DNA from: Bacteroidales bacterium
GTDB lineage: Bacteria; Bacteroidota; Bacteroidia; Bacteroidales; WCHB1-69
Direction of reading: 5' to 3'
DNA length: 56,191 nt
NCBI GenBank assembly: GCA_045598025.1
Contig: JAZLLH010000059.1
Span: 1 to 56,191 of the forward strand
Made by a program: the position numbers and the translations under genes
The notes under the pieces: generated by a model
Databases searched by the model: none
Seen by the model: only the letters and a program-made list of their open reading frames with translations
What the model was told of the DNA's origin: nothing
Shown: positions 36,706 through 46,371 of the stretch, in pieces
Layout of the letters: each line of letters opens with the position of its first letter
Numbering within the stretch: position 1 is the stretch's first letter

Positions 36706-37731
36706 CTACTGGATTTTGATTTGGGTATCCTCACATACTTTCGGTGCACCTTCCGTGATTACCAGGTCGCCATCCTGCAATCCTTCGATGATGCGTACTC
36801 CGTTTTCAGTGAATCCTTCCGTGCGAATGTAAGCTTTGTGTGCTTTCCCGTTCTGGCAAATCCATACGAACTCGCGTCCGTCATTGCTTATCTGAACAGC
36901 CTGCATGGGAATGTCGTATCCGGCAGTAGTGTCGGAAGCAGAGTAAATACTTACGCGACATACCATGCCGGGAAGCAGTTTCTGGTCAGGTTCCAGAATG
37001 CGTAGGCTGACGGGGTAGGCGTGGGAGAGAGGGTCTGCCACGACACCGATTTCTGTTATTTCAGCATCAAATGATGCCTGCAGTGCATTTACCTGTACTT
37101 TGGCTTTCTGGCCGATGCGAAGCGAGGCTATCTCGTTTTCGGGGATATGGGTCTGTACGGAAATCCGCCCCATGTCCAGCAATTGCATGACCGATTGGAA
37201 TGGCATGACGTTCATTCCGGCTTCCACATTCATGTTTCCGATAGTGCCGCTCTGTGGAGCATACATTTTGCAGTTTTCAAGGCTTTTTTTGCAGATGTCC
37301 GCCATGGAGCGGGCCTGATTCAGCTGGGTCTGTATTTCCACCCATTTGACTTCGGGGAGACTCCCTTTCTTATAAATGCTTTCAGCGCGACGATATCCGT
37401 CTTCAGCTTGATCCAATGTAACTTTTGCTGCGTTGTAGGCATTCAGAGCAGTCCTGTTGTCCAATTCGGCCAGCAATTGACCCTTCTGTACTTTCTGGCC
37501 TTCCCTGACATGAATACAGCGGATACAACCTCCGCTTTCAAAACTGAGAACAATGGATTTATCGGCCGAAATGGTGCCGACGTAACTGCTGTTGCTTCCC
37601 ATGGTATCGGTGACGACTTCCGTTACCCGGACGGGAATGACAACATCCTGTGATGATTTTCTGATTTCTTTGCAGCTTCCCAACAATAAAGTTGATACTG
37701 CCAGTCCGAATAAAAACTTTTTCATATACAA
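36706..37731 (-). CDS. RND efflux periplasmic adaptor (membrane fusion protein), lipoprotein
   Basis: Lipobox LGSC; LSFESGG.I..I.V.EGQ.V.KGQLLA.LD; APQSG.I; LLPGM; GL..GD.VITEG. Confidence 0.92.
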   Translation of the reverse strand: MYMKKFLFGLAVSTLLLGSCKEIRKSSQDVVIPVRVTEVVTDTMGSNSSYVGTISADKSIVLSFESGGCIRCIHVREGQKVQKGQLLAELDNRTALNAYNAAKVTLDQAEDGYRRAESIYKKGSLPEVKWVEIQTQLNQARSMADICKKSLENCKMYAPQSGTIGNMNVEAGMNVMPFQSVMQLLDMGRISVQTHIPENEIASLRIGQKAKVQVNALQASFDAEITEIGVVADPLSHAYPVSLRILEPDQKLLPGMVCRVSIYSASDTTAGYDIPMQAVQISNDGREFVWICQNGKAHKAYIRTEGFTENGVRIIEGLQDGDLVITEGAPKVCEDTQIKIQ

Positions 37732-37822
37732 AAAATGCTAATATGGAAGTGGCAAAGCAACAAATTGTGTTCCAAAAAAAGATGAATTCTCCTATTTTGG
37801 AATTATGAATGTTAAAAAACGA

Positions 37823-37851
37823 CAAATAGACTACTTTTTTTGGTCTATTTG
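37823..37851 (-). terminator. 9-bp inverted repeat: terminator of the cysS transcript and/or operator of the efflux operon
   Basis: CAAATAGAC-N11-GTCTATTTG; followed on the minus strand by TCGTTTTTT. Confidence 0.45.
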
Positions 37852-37880
37852 GAAAAACATCAAAGAGAAAAGGAAATTTC

Positions 37881-38807
37881 CTATGGCAGAAAAGATTGAC
37901 CGTAGCCGGTGAAAATGGTATCGGTGTTGCCGTATTGGCGGATATAATTTCCGTTGAGCCATGTGGCGAAACATGTGATGGAAGTGGCACCCAAGCATCT
38001 GTACGCGTGAATGTCGCGAGTGCACTCTGCGGCTTCAAACCGCATGGGAGTCAATTTGTCGCACTGCCAGTGGGATTGCATGGATTCGTCCAGCCAGTAT
38101 TCCAGTATATGCAGGCTGTGACAGGGAAATGCGGTGATGTTTTCGCGCAGTTGCTGTTCCAATTCCGTGTCGAGTGGATGGGTGTAATCCCGGAAAATGG
38201 GGGCAAATTCCAAAAAAATTCCTTCCTTGGCCTGTACCTTGAGTGGGGCAGATTTTGTCTGGTGATATGCAAGATGTGCCAATGTGGCTTGAGAATCGAA
38301 TTCCCTGAGCAGTTCCAATAGCCGGTTTTCGTACATCAGAGCTTGTTCTGAAGGATTGTAGCCCTGACAGGCGTCACAATGGCAGAACATATTCTGCTTG
38401 TCATCGGTCCAGAAAAAGTAGCGATGGGTAGTGGGTTTCATCCATCGGAGGATGGAGGCAAGCTGCGGCCGTATGGCCTCCATGACGGAATCGTTGGAAA
38501 AACACAGATTGTATTTTTGTACGCGTTGTCCGTTGGTGTCTGCGCGGAAATATTCCGGATGGGTGTCAAAAAGTTCGCGGGGCAGCAGGAATTGCAGGGC
38601 GTGGACTTCATATTCTACATCAACTTGCAGCTTTTTGCACAGTTTGAGAAAAGATTGTCCGAAGCGGCTTTTGACAAAAGCTTCCAGCGTATCCAGTGGG
38701 TCATTGGATGTGGCGGCATGTATGCCAATCAGGTTGATTCCGCTCTGACGGATGCGTTTTTCCCATTCCTGCAGACCGACGGAGGTAATGTCGTTGGGGT
38801 ATACCAC
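37881..38807 (-). CDS. DUF4838-like protein; probably the C-terminal part of a frameshifted larger gene
   Basis: VVYPNDI, GINLIGIH, VEYEVHAL..LLPRELF..HPEYFR....G.R...NLC.SN, FFWTDD...CHC..C, LAHLAY..T, LEYWLD.S. GTG start with no signal peptide. Confidence 0.6.
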   Translation of the reverse strand: MVYPNDITSVGLQEWEKRIRQSGINLIGIHAATSNDPLDTLEAFVKSRFGQSFLKLCKKLQVDVEYEVHALQFLLPRELFDTHPEYFRADTNGQRVQKYNLCFSNDSVMEAIRPQLASILRWMKPTTHRYFFWTDDKQNMFCHCDACQGYNPSEQALMYENRLLELLREFDSQATLAHLAYHQTKSAPLKVQAKEGIFLEFAPIFRDYTHPLDTELEQQLRENITAFPCHSLHILEYWLDESMQSHWQCDKLTPMRFEAAECTRDIHAYRCLGATSITCFATWLNGNYIRQYGNTDTIFTGYGQSFLP

Positions 38808-39184
38808 GACCTCTGTATTCGGGTTTGGGCGTCATCCGGCAGGGAAAGAGAACTCCGGGTTTGTGAAAGTCCGGTACCGTATCTTTTGTGGGAATGAGGG
38901 AATACCAATGTACGTTTCCGTCTGTTCGGAAATCGTCTTGAAATACCCCCATCCAGAATACCTTATCCAGGGATAGTCCCAAACTTTCCAGTTCGCTTCG
39001 GCTGATGCTGCCATGGATGCGGTAACCCCAGGGAGTGGTATAGGCTTCCGTCTGAAGAGTGGAGAAGTTCCAACTGTAGTCCAGCTGTCGGTAAAATCGG
39101 GCCCGGTAGCGCCCGAATTGCTGATATACCCAGACAGAAAAAAATCAGGAAAAGACCGGGAAACCTATATTTCCCAAGTCGCAT
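38808..39184 (-). pseudogene. Frameshifted 5' part (signal peptide plus CBM9-like fragment) of the DUF4838-like gene
   Basis: Signal peptide [22 protein letters not shown] in one frame; YRARFYRQLDYSW...WYS...PDFHKP...EYRG in a second frame with no upstream start of its own; VVVYPND continues in a third frame. Confidence 0.55.
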
Positions 39185-40634
39185 GATCTTTTCCATCTTT
39201 GACGGTGATGCCGATTTCCTGCAAGCGGTTCCGGATTTGGTCGGAAGTGGCCCAATCTTTTTCGGATTTGGCTTTTTGACGGATTTCCAGTATCATGTCC
39301 ATCAGCCCGCCGAGAATTTCTGCCTGATTGGAGTCCTTTTCATCCTTCAGTCCCAGAATCTGGAAAGCAAAAGTATCGAACACCTTTCTATAGGAGTCAA
39401 TATCCTGTTGGGTCAGAGACATTTTTCCGTCTTTGGCGGCGTTGATGTGTTTGGTCATTTCAAAAAGTTCAGCAATGACCATGGCGGCGTTCAGATCGTC
39501 GTTCATGGCTTCCATGCATTTCTTGAAACTGTCGCCTTCCGGAAGAGTGGAAGTGGCAGACGGCTTCAGGGAAAGAAGGTTATGATATCCTTGCATCAGC
39601 CGTTCCAACCCTTTTTGAGCGGAAAGCAAGGCCTCATTGGAAAAATCAACCGTGCTGCGGTAGTGGGCCTGCAGTATGAAGAATCGGATGGTCATGGGTG
39701 AGTAAGCCTGCTGCAGCAGCTCATGCTTCCCTGTGAAGAATTCATTCAGGGTGATGAAATTACCCAGAGATTTTCCCATTTTCTGTCCGTTGATGGTAAT
39801 CATGTTGTTGTGCACCCAAAACCGGGCGGAAGGGCATCCGTTGGCTATCTGGCTCTGACAGATTTCCGATTCGTGATGGGGGAACATCAGGTCAATGCCG
39901 CCACCATGAATGTCAAAGGTTTTTCCGAGATATTTGGTGCTCATGGCTGTACATTCTATATGCCATCCAGGGAAACCGTCGCTCCAGGGAGATGGCCAGC
40001 GCATGATATGCTCCGGAGCCGCTTTTTTCCACAAGGCGAAATCAGCAGGATGCCTTTTTTCCTCCTGTCCGTCCAATGTGCGGGTATTGGCGTAAAGTTC
40101 TTCCAGTATGCGGCCGGACAATTTTCCATATCCGAAGTCCTTATCGAATTTGGGAACGTCAAAATATACCGATCCGTCGGAGATATACGCATAACCCTTG
40201 TCCAAAATTTCCTGTACGACAGCCATCTGTTCGATGATGTGCCCGGAGGCGCGGGGCTCTATGGAAGGTCTCATCACATTCAGTCTGTCCATGGCATCAT
40301 GATAGGAATCCATGTAATACTGTGCTACTTCCATGGGTTCCAATTGTTCAATACGGGCTTTTTTGGAAATCTTGTCCTCTCCAGAATCGGCATCGTGTTC
40401 CAGATGGCCGACATCGGTGATGTTGCGAACGTAGCGGACCTTGTATCCCAAAAATTTGAGGTATCGGAACAGCAGGTCAAAAACAATGGCTGGCCGTGCA
40501 TGCCCCAAGTGAGGTTCTCCGTAGACGGTGGGACCGCATACATACATTCCTACGAAGGGAGAGTGCAGCGGTTCAAAGGTTTCTTTTTTGCGGGTCAGGG
40601 TGTTGTATAATTTGAGTGGATTTTCCATGAGCAA
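39165..40634 (-). CDS. cysS: Cysteine--tRNA ligase
   Basis: [12 protein letters not shown] (HIGH), [41 protein letters not shown]. Confidence 0.97.
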   Translation of the reverse strand: MLMENPLKLYNTLTRKKETFEPLHSPFVGMYVCGPTVYGEPHLGHARPAIVFDLLFRYLKFLGYKVRYVRNITDVGHLEHDADSGEDKISKKARIEQLEPMEVAQYYMDSYHDAMDRLNVMRPSIEPRASGHIIEQMAVVQEILDKGYAYISDGSVYFDVPKFDKDFGYGKLSGRILEELYANTRTLDGQEEKRHPADFALWKKAAPEHIMRWPSPWSDGFPGWHIECTAMSTKYLGKTFDIHGGGIDLMFPHHESEICQSQIANGCPSARFWVHNNMITINGQKMGKSLGNFITLNEFFTGKHELLQQAYSPMTIRFFILQAHYRSTVDFSNEALLSAQKGLERLMQGYHNLLSLKPSATSTLPEGDSFKKCMEAMNDDLNAAMVIAELFEMTKHINAAKDGKMSLTQQDIDSYRKVFDTFAFQILGLKDEKDSNQAEILGGLMDMILEIRQKAKSEKDWATSDQIRNRLQEIGITVKDGKDHATWEI

Positions 40635-40636
40635 CC

Positions 40637-41740
40637 TTAATTTTCTTTTACTGTTCCTACAATTCTCAGCGTGATTTTCGGTTGTTCCGGATCATTGACA
40701 ATAAGATAGATGTCTTTTGCTTGTCCGCCCCGTTTGCCACCGGTGTTGAAGATGGCTTTGATTTTGGTGGATTCACCGGGAGCCAGTGTGTCTTTTTCCA
40801 ATTTTCCGGTTGTGCAGCCGCAGGATGTTTTGATGAAGTGGAATACCAGATCACTCTTTCCGATGTTGGTCAATGTAAAATCGTGTTTGATTTCCGATCC
40901 CTTGGCGCATTCCCCGAAATTGTATTCCTCCTGGTCCACGAGTACATGGGGCGCATTTTTGAGCTGCTCCGGCGTCCAACTGTCAAAGTCATCGAATATT
41001 TCGCCTAAAATATAGAAACTTTTGGTTCCTTTGTGGCTGGGAGGTTCGGGATCATTGGTTGAGATGTTGAAGCGTTCGTATACGTTTCCCCATTCGTGTT
41101 TGACGGATGCATCGTAGGAAAATACGACGATGCCTTCTTCCTTCGGTTGCAGTTTGGGCGTGACGTACAGGATTTTGATGCAGGCAGGAGCATTTCCCTT
41201 CTGCAGCGTCATGACGGAATCCCACACATTGTACACCCGGAAGGTATCGGTTACAACGGAATTCGGGGTCAATCGGTGAAGGGTGGTGCAATTATTGATA
41301 TATTTCAGATTGCCTTCCTGCATGCTGAATTCCTCTTCCTTGGTGGTAGGAGCAGGGTATACATAGCCTTTCAATCGGAGTTTGTAGACTACGGTATCTT
41401 TGTTTTCCAGTACTTTCAACTGAGCCGGAAAATCGAATGAGTAGCGCATGTTTTTGGGGTTCAGTGCGACGTTCAGACGCGCGATATCATGTTTTTTCAG
41501 CGTGCTCTTGTTCCAGGAAAAGGAAAGTTGAGCGTATTTCGAGGTGCATTCCAGAATTTTCACATCTTTTTCTCCAAGATTGGTCAGCAGAATATCGTGT
41601 CTGACAATGCCTTTTTCTTCCTTGATTTGGTAAAAGTCATAAGTCGATTCGTTGATTTTCAACTGTTTTTCTGAATTTCCCTGTGCAAAAAGATTTCCCC
41701 ACAAGCCGAAAACTCCCATAATTAATAATAACTTCTTCAT
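40637..41740 (-). CDS. DUF1573 multi-domain periplasmic protein
   Basis: Signal peptide LFA|QG; three Ig-like units, the last with F.L.N.GKSDL....KTSCGCT....LAPGES. Start moved to ATG 41740. Confidence 0.85.
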   Translation of the reverse strand: MKKLLLIMGVFGLWGNLFAQGNSEKQLKINESTYDFYQIKEEKGIVRHDILLTNLGEKDVKILECTSKYAQLSFSWNKSTLKKHDIARLNVALNPKNMRYSFDFPAQLKVLENKDTVVYKLRLKGYVYPAPTTKEEEFSMQEGNLKYINNCTTLHRLTPNSVVTDTFRVYNVWDSVMTLQKGNAPACIKILYVTPKLQPKEEGIVVFSYDASVKHEWGNVYERFNISTNDPEPPSHKGTKSFYILGEIFDDFDSWTPEQLKNAPHVLVDQEEYNFGECAKGSEIKHDFTLTNIGKSDLVFHFIKTSCGCTTGKLEKDTLAPGESTKIKAIFNTGGKRGGQAKDIYLIVNDPEQPKITLRIVGTVKEN

Positions 41741-41783
41741 TGTATGCTGTTTTTTGTTTTTTGTTCCAATGCAATACAATCTG

Positions 41784-41791
41784 CAAAGATA
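41784..41791 (-). promoter_or_regulatory. -7 box (TATCTTTG) for DUF1573-cysS
   Basis: TAnnTTTG on the minus strand ~45 nt from the ATG. Confidence 0.6.
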
Positions 41792-41863
41792 ATGCAAAAA
41801 TGCATACACCTTGCTTTTTGAGAATTTTTTTTTCTCTTTTGCCGTATGTTTTGAAAAAATGCG

Positions 41864-41871
41864 TATCTTTG
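41864..41871 (+). promoter_or_regulatory. -7 box (TATCTTTG) for the small lipoprotein-VOC genes
   Basis: TAnnTTTG followed by CA. Confidence 0.6.
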
Positions 41872-41932
41872 CAAATGGAACTGAGGATGCCGAAAATCAG
41901 ACAGAGTAGGCCTTTTACTAAAAAAAAGTGAT

Positions 41933-42145
41933 ATGAAAAAAGTTATTTTTTTCTTTTCCATCGTGCTTATGGTTGCCTTTTTTTCTTCTTGTGAAAAGAC
42001 CTGTACCTGCAAGACATACGTCAATGGAGAGGTGAAAGCTACCGTTGAAGATGTAGAATTGGATAAGGATAATTTCAGCAAATGTTCCGATATGGACTCC
42101 TACGTTGAGTTGGATAGTGAAAAAAACGGCACAAAATGCAGATAA
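41933..42145 (+). CDS. Small Cys-rich lipoprotein (70 aa)
   Basis: MKK + hydrophobic stretch + FSSC lipobox, then EKTCTC and two further Cys; has its own promoter box. Confidence 0.75.
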   Translation: MKKVIFFFSIVLMVAFFSSCEKTCTCKTYVNGEVKATVEDVELDKDNFSKCSDMDSYVELDSEKNGTKCR

Positions 42146-42163
42146 AATAACATTTGTAATTAT

Positions 42164-43225
42164 ATGGAATTATATAATAGTGGCATACAGCAAATAGGCA
42201 TCGGTGTCCCCAATGCGGATGATGCTTGGCGGTGGTATAAAGAATTTTTCAATGCGGATGTCGTCATTATTGACGAATACGCCAAGGCGGAATACATGCT
42301 TCCCTACACGGACGGGCAAGTGTGCGATCGGCACACCATTCTGGCAGTCAGTTTGCAGGGAGGCGGAGGTTTTGAAATATGGCAGCATCGCAGCCATGTG
42401 CCGACTTTTCCCGTTTTTGAAATCAAACCCGGTGATCTGGGTATATATGCCTGCAAGATCAAGTGCAAGAATGCTTCGGCTGCTTACCGTTATTACAAAC
42501 AGAAAAAATTGGACTTGTCTCCTGTTTATACTTCGGTAAACGGAGGTAACTACTTCTACCTGAGGGATCCATACAAGAACGTATTCCAGATTGTGGAAAG
42601 CAATGATTTCTTCCATCCGAGTCTGCATCCTTCCGGAGGAGCATATGGCGCCGTCATTGGTGTGAGCGATATGGAAAAGAGCATTGCCTTTTATCGTAAC
42701 CTGTTGGGATATGATCAGGTGTTGTCCGATCAAACCGGTGAGTTTGACGATTTGGCCTATCTCGGGGCTTCCCATACCACTTTTCGCAGGGTAGTGCTGA
42801 CTCATTCCAAACCAAGAGCGGGTGCTTTTTCCCGTCTGTTCGGGACTTCTCATTTGGAACTGATTCAGGCAAAGGATGTCCCTGTTCGGAAAATTTACGA
42901 AGGACGCTGGTGGGGAGATCCCGGATTCATCCATCTCTGCTTTGATATCCGTGGCATGAAGAAAATGCGCGAACGTTGCCAAAAAGAAGGCTATCCGTTT
43001 ACCGTGGATACGGAATCCATATTGGAAGACAACTTCGATATGGGAGAAGCGGCCGGTAATTTTGCCTACAACGAAGATCCGGACGGAACGTTGATAGAAT
43101 ATGTGGAAACGCATCGCATTCCCATTATGCAGAAGTGGGGTATTTTTCTCAATCTGCGCAAGCGGAAACCCGGCAAGGCCCTTCCGGACTGGATGCTGCG
43201 ATGCCTCCGCTTTATGAGGAAGTAA
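42164..43225 (+). CDS. VOC (glyoxalase/bleomycin resistance) family protein, tandem domains
   Basis: QQIGIGV, GGFEIWQ, AVIGVSDMEKS..FY..LLG, HLELIQ, HLCFDI, DPDGTLIEYVE. Confidence 0.85.
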   Translation: MELYNSGIQQIGIGVPNADDAWRWYKEFFNADVVIIDEYAKAEYMLPYTDGQVCDRHTILAVSLQGGGGFEIWQHRSHVPTFPVFEIKPGDLGIYACKIKCKNASAAYRYYKQKKLDLSPVYTSVNGGNYFYLRDPYKNVFQIVESNDFFHPSLHPSGGAYGAVIGVSDMEKSIAFYRNLLGYDQVLSDQTGEFDDLAYLGASHTTFRRVVLTHSKPRAGAFSRLFGTSHLELIQAKDVPVRKIYEGRWWGDPGFIHLCFDIRGMKKMRERCQKEGYPFTVDTESILEDNFDMGEAAGNFAYNEDPDGTLIEYVETHRIPIMQKWGIFLNLRKRKPGKALPDWMLRCLRFMRK

Positions 43226-43245
43226 TGTGATTCCCGATTATATCC

Positions 43246-43270
43246 GGCAGGCGGCAATACCGCAGCTGCC
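43246..43270. terminator. GC-rich hairpin between convergent VOC and peptidase genes
   Basis: GGCAG-GCGG caata CCGC-ag-CTGCC; U-tract weak. Confidence 0.35.
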
Positions 43271-43282
43271 GTTGATTTGAAC

Positions 43283-46261
43283 TCAGCGTCTGATGATTTT
43301 GCAGACGCTGCTTTTTTGTTCTTCGTTCGTGATTTGGAGGAAGTACATTCCCTTGACGAAGGAAGATATTTCCAATGTAAAATGACCTTCTGTCGCTTTT
43401 CCTTCCAGCAGCAGGCGTCCGACAGCATCGGTGAAACGGTAGGTGCAGTTACCCGTATTTTCCGGAATGACGACATGCAATTGTTCGTATGCCGGATTCG
43501 GATACGCGAGGATGTTCAAGGGATTGTTGGTGTTTGATATTCCTAGTTCGCATGCGATTCCCAGACTTTTGCGAACGATGTATCCGCATTCGTCCGTGAT
43601 GTCAACATACAGCGTGTCCAAGCCGCTGCTGTTGATCTGCATTGTCACCCAATTCAGGCTGCTGTCGCTGCAGATGTCCCAATCCGATGAGCCGGAGAGG
43701 AACCAGCGGTATTTTTGGGCAAAAGGAATGGAATCCAGAGAGTAGATGGCGTAACTTTTTTTGTTGAAGTGCGTCTGCCCATTTATGCCGGCTGATGTGT
43801 TACCCATGCTGTCGCAGAAAATGAATCTCAGGCTGCGGAATTCATGGCAGCCTCCGTGTGTACTGTATGCGTGAAATCCCAACACTCCCTGTCCTTTTTC
43901 GGAGATGTGCAGCATGCAGCAGAGGGAGTCTTCGTTCTCCAGGGACCATTGAGGACTTTCCAGTATCCAGCGATAAGAGGCTGCGCCTGTTACCGGAGTT
44001 GTACAGAATGTGTAATCACCCAGTCCTTCCGGACGTTCTCCATGTATCTGTCCTACCTTTCCTATGGGGTCATCGCAGGTGATGTGCAGCACAACGATGC
44101 TGTCTTTTCCGTCAGCAGCCGTAAAAACCTGACGGTAGTCTCCATTTTCGGTGATTTGTATGCCGTTCCAATTCGTGCTTCCGCAAAAAGCCGTGTCCAA
44201 TTCCGTGTAGGCGGAAACCGGAATGGTGTTGCAACGGAAATGGTATTCCCATTGAGGCAGCAGGCGGGCGGAAGGTGCGTAGCAGCGGTCGGATGAATCG
44301 TTTCCCATGCGGTAACGCAGCGAGGTCCCTTCCATCAGAGCGGCATTTCTGCCTGTGCGGTCTGAAAAAGAAGTATTTTCCTTATAAAGACAGGCCAGAG
44401 AGAAACAGTTGCGGATGTATATGCTGTTCCCGTTCTCAACGAGGCACAGGGTGTCTCCGTCTCTGTACTTTCCGGCTGGGACATAGCGGATCATGGTATT
44501 CAGCACGGCGTTTTCCGGTACATCAAAACCCAGGGCCGTCGCCTTTCCGTAATTGATGGGAATGCTCAGTTGGTTTTTCTGCGCATCTGTTTCCGTCAAC
44601 AGGTAGCGGATGCAGGTGCTGTTCAGGGTCTGCGGGCGGGTCGGGCCGGACAGGACTTTCGGGCTGAGGTAATGGCTCCCGTCGCTGACGACATCGCGAT
44701 AATTGGTGTCGGTTCCGGGGATATAGTACGACAGGTATATGTATAGGGTGTCGGGAGCCGAGTCTTCGCTGTGCATGCTTCCCATGCGGTACTGGTACCG
44801 GATACGCAGACTGTCCATGCGGTAAGGATTCTGGAACAGTTTATCGGAGTGGGCCGTTCCGAAATCATCGGCTGTGGGGTCAAATACCGTGCCTATGCTA
44901 TGGATTTTGGCGCAATGACTGCTTTCCTTCGAGTAAACATGCTGCAGGGTATCCGGTTGCAGGCTGATATAGCAGAGGGTGTCCGGAGATACGCTGCTGT
45001 AGGCATCCGAGGAAACCCATCCGAAATTCTGTTCTTCCTTATAGGGATTCAGGTTGATCACTACGGACTGGTCTTTGGAGTAGTTGCCGTTTCCGCCGCC
45101 GGTGCCGATTCCGCCCGGACAGAGACTGTCGATTGTGCAGTAGCAATTGTAAGAACCTCCCCATCCCCAATTGAAATGGAAGAGGTCGTTCTTGTCGAAT
45201 CCGTCGCATACGAAAGCGTGACCGGCACCTCCTCCGGAAGGACTGTATCCGGAAAAAATCACCGGCTGCCGTTCCCTCAGTTGAGACTTGAGCAGGTTCT
45301 TCCATTGGGTGTCGTTGAAGTTGATTTTCCGTTCACCAGATGCCGAGCGGTATCCGAAGTAGTTTCGGAAGGCGTTCCGTGCGTCCTGTGCGTTTTCGTT
45401 CCAATATGCGTATACGTAGGCTCCGCTTCCTGTCGGGGAATAGGTCATGTCTGTGGCTACGCCGCAATGGTACAGCAGTTGTGCTGTGGCAGACCGTTGG
45501 TAGGCCTTGGGCAGCGCACCGAAATATTCGGGCATGTTGGCATATTTATAGGTAGTGTTTCCGAAATTGGCAGAAAGCAATCCATAGGTAGAGTGGCGGT
45601 AACTGTGGGAACCATAACCGTGGATGGGATATTTCCAGTATCGTATGACAATGGCCATGGCGGTTGCTGTACATCCTGCCGGACAACGTCCGCCGTAGTA
45701 TACGGAACTCACCTTGCCGTCTTTAGGACAGGAATCGTTGTAATAAGGCCACTGGTCCCACATGATTCGGGAGGTGAGAGGCTCCACACTTTCCGCTTTT
45801 TCATTGAACTGTATTCCGGCAGTGGGCTGCAGCAGCAGATCCCAACGGGAACTTACGCTTTCCGATGCTGGAATTTGCCGGACGACGGCATCGGTAATTT
45901 CCTCACGCATGGCGTCCAGCAGATATCTGAAATTGGTCGGCATGCCAGCTGTATCGAATCGTCCTTCCGTAGCATAGGCCAATACAGGGAGAATGTTTCG
46001 GGATGCAGACACGATGACAAAGCCTCCTCCTTTGACATTAAAAACGTAGTAGCAGGCATCTCCCGAACTTTTATGGAGTTCGTCGAGAGGTGCAATATAG
46101 GCTAATTCCAGATTGATGGCAGATTTCTGCCGATAGGAAGTGGTGAATTGGTTCAAAAAAGCACTTCCTGCCACAGCCGCATCCTGAGGCGTGACATTTT
46201 GGGCCCGTCCGCTCCATGCGAGGGCCATCATTACCAATATGGAAACAATCGGTTTTTTCAT
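43283..46261 (-). CDS. C10 family cysteine peptidase (streptopain/interpain-like) with prodomain and T9SS type A sorting domain
   Basis: Signal peptide GRA|QN; prodomain YYVFN..GGFVIVS...PVLAY; WDQ..YYN, catalytic AGCTATAMA and GHAFVCDG, HFNWGWGG; C-terminal YPNPA...GMYFLQI. Start moved to ATG 46261. Confidence 0.92.
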   Translation of the reverse strand: MKKPIVSILVMMALAWSGRAQNVTPQDAAVAGSAFLNQFTTSYRQKSAINLELAYIAPLDELHKSSGDACYYVFNVKGGGFVIVSASRNILPVLAYATEGRFDTAGMPTNFRYLLDAMREEITDAVVRQIPASESVSSRWDLLLQPTAGIQFNEKAESVEPLTSRIMWDQWPYYNDSCPKDGKVSSVYYGGRCPAGCTATAMAIVIRYWKYPIHGYGSHSYRHSTYGLLSANFGNTTYKYANMPEYFGALPKAYQRSATAQLLYHCGVATDMTYSPTGSGAYVYAYWNENAQDARNAFRNYFGYRSASGERKINFNDTQWKNLLKSQLRERQPVIFSGYSPSGGGAGHAFVCDGFDKNDLFHFNWGWGGSYNCYCTIDSLCPGGIGTGGGNGNYSKDQSVVINLNPYKEEQNFGWVSSDAYSSVSPDTLCYISLQPDTLQHVYSKESSHCAKIHSIGTVFDPTADDFGTAHSDKLFQNPYRMDSLRIRYQYRMGSMHSEDSAPDTLYIYLSYYIPGTDTNYRDVVSDGSHYLSPKVLSGPTRPQTLNSTCIRYLLTETDAQKNQLSIPINYGKATALGFDVPENAVLNTMIRYVPAGKYRDGDTLCLVENGNSIYIRNCFSLACLYKENTSFSDRTGRNAALMEGTSLRYRMGNDSSDRCYAPSARLLPQWEYHFRCNTIPVSAYTELDTAFCGSTNWNGIQITENGDYRQVFTAADGKDSIVVLHITCDDPIGKVGQIHGERPEGLGDYTFCTTPVTGAASYRWILESPQWSLENEDSLCCMLHISEKGQGVLGFHAYSTHGGCHEFRSLRFIFCDSMGNTSAGINGQTHFNKKSYAIYSLDSIPFAQKYRWFLSGSSDWDICSDSSLNWVTMQINSSGLDTLYVDITDECGYIVRKSLGIACELGISNTNNPLNILAYPNPAYEQLHVVIPENTGNCTYRFTDAVGRLLLEGKATEGHFTLEISSFVKGMYFLQITNEEQKSSVCKIIRR

Positions 46262-46291
46262 ACGAAAAATTTTGTGGTTTAAATGAGACTG

Positions 46292-46299
46292 CAAAAGTA
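46292..46299 (-). promoter_or_regulatory. -7 box (TACTTTTG) for the C10 peptidase
   Basis: TAnnTTTG overlapping the track's upstream start; ~30 nt from ATG 46261. Confidence 0.6.
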
Positions 46300-46342
46300 C
46301 AAATTATTTGGATATGTCGGAAAGCGGAACGAGAAATTTGAC

Positions 46343-46350
46343 TACTTTTG
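46343..46350 (+). promoter_or_regulatory. -7 box (TACTTTTG) for kdsA
   Basis: TAnnTTTG ~20 nt from ATG 46372. Confidence 0.6.
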
Positions 46351-46371
46351 CATTTCAAAATACGATTTTTT

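Noticed and set aside
44771-46105. 444-aa plus-strand ORF
   Set aside because: It is antisense to the C10 peptidase catalytic domain and has no independent signals.
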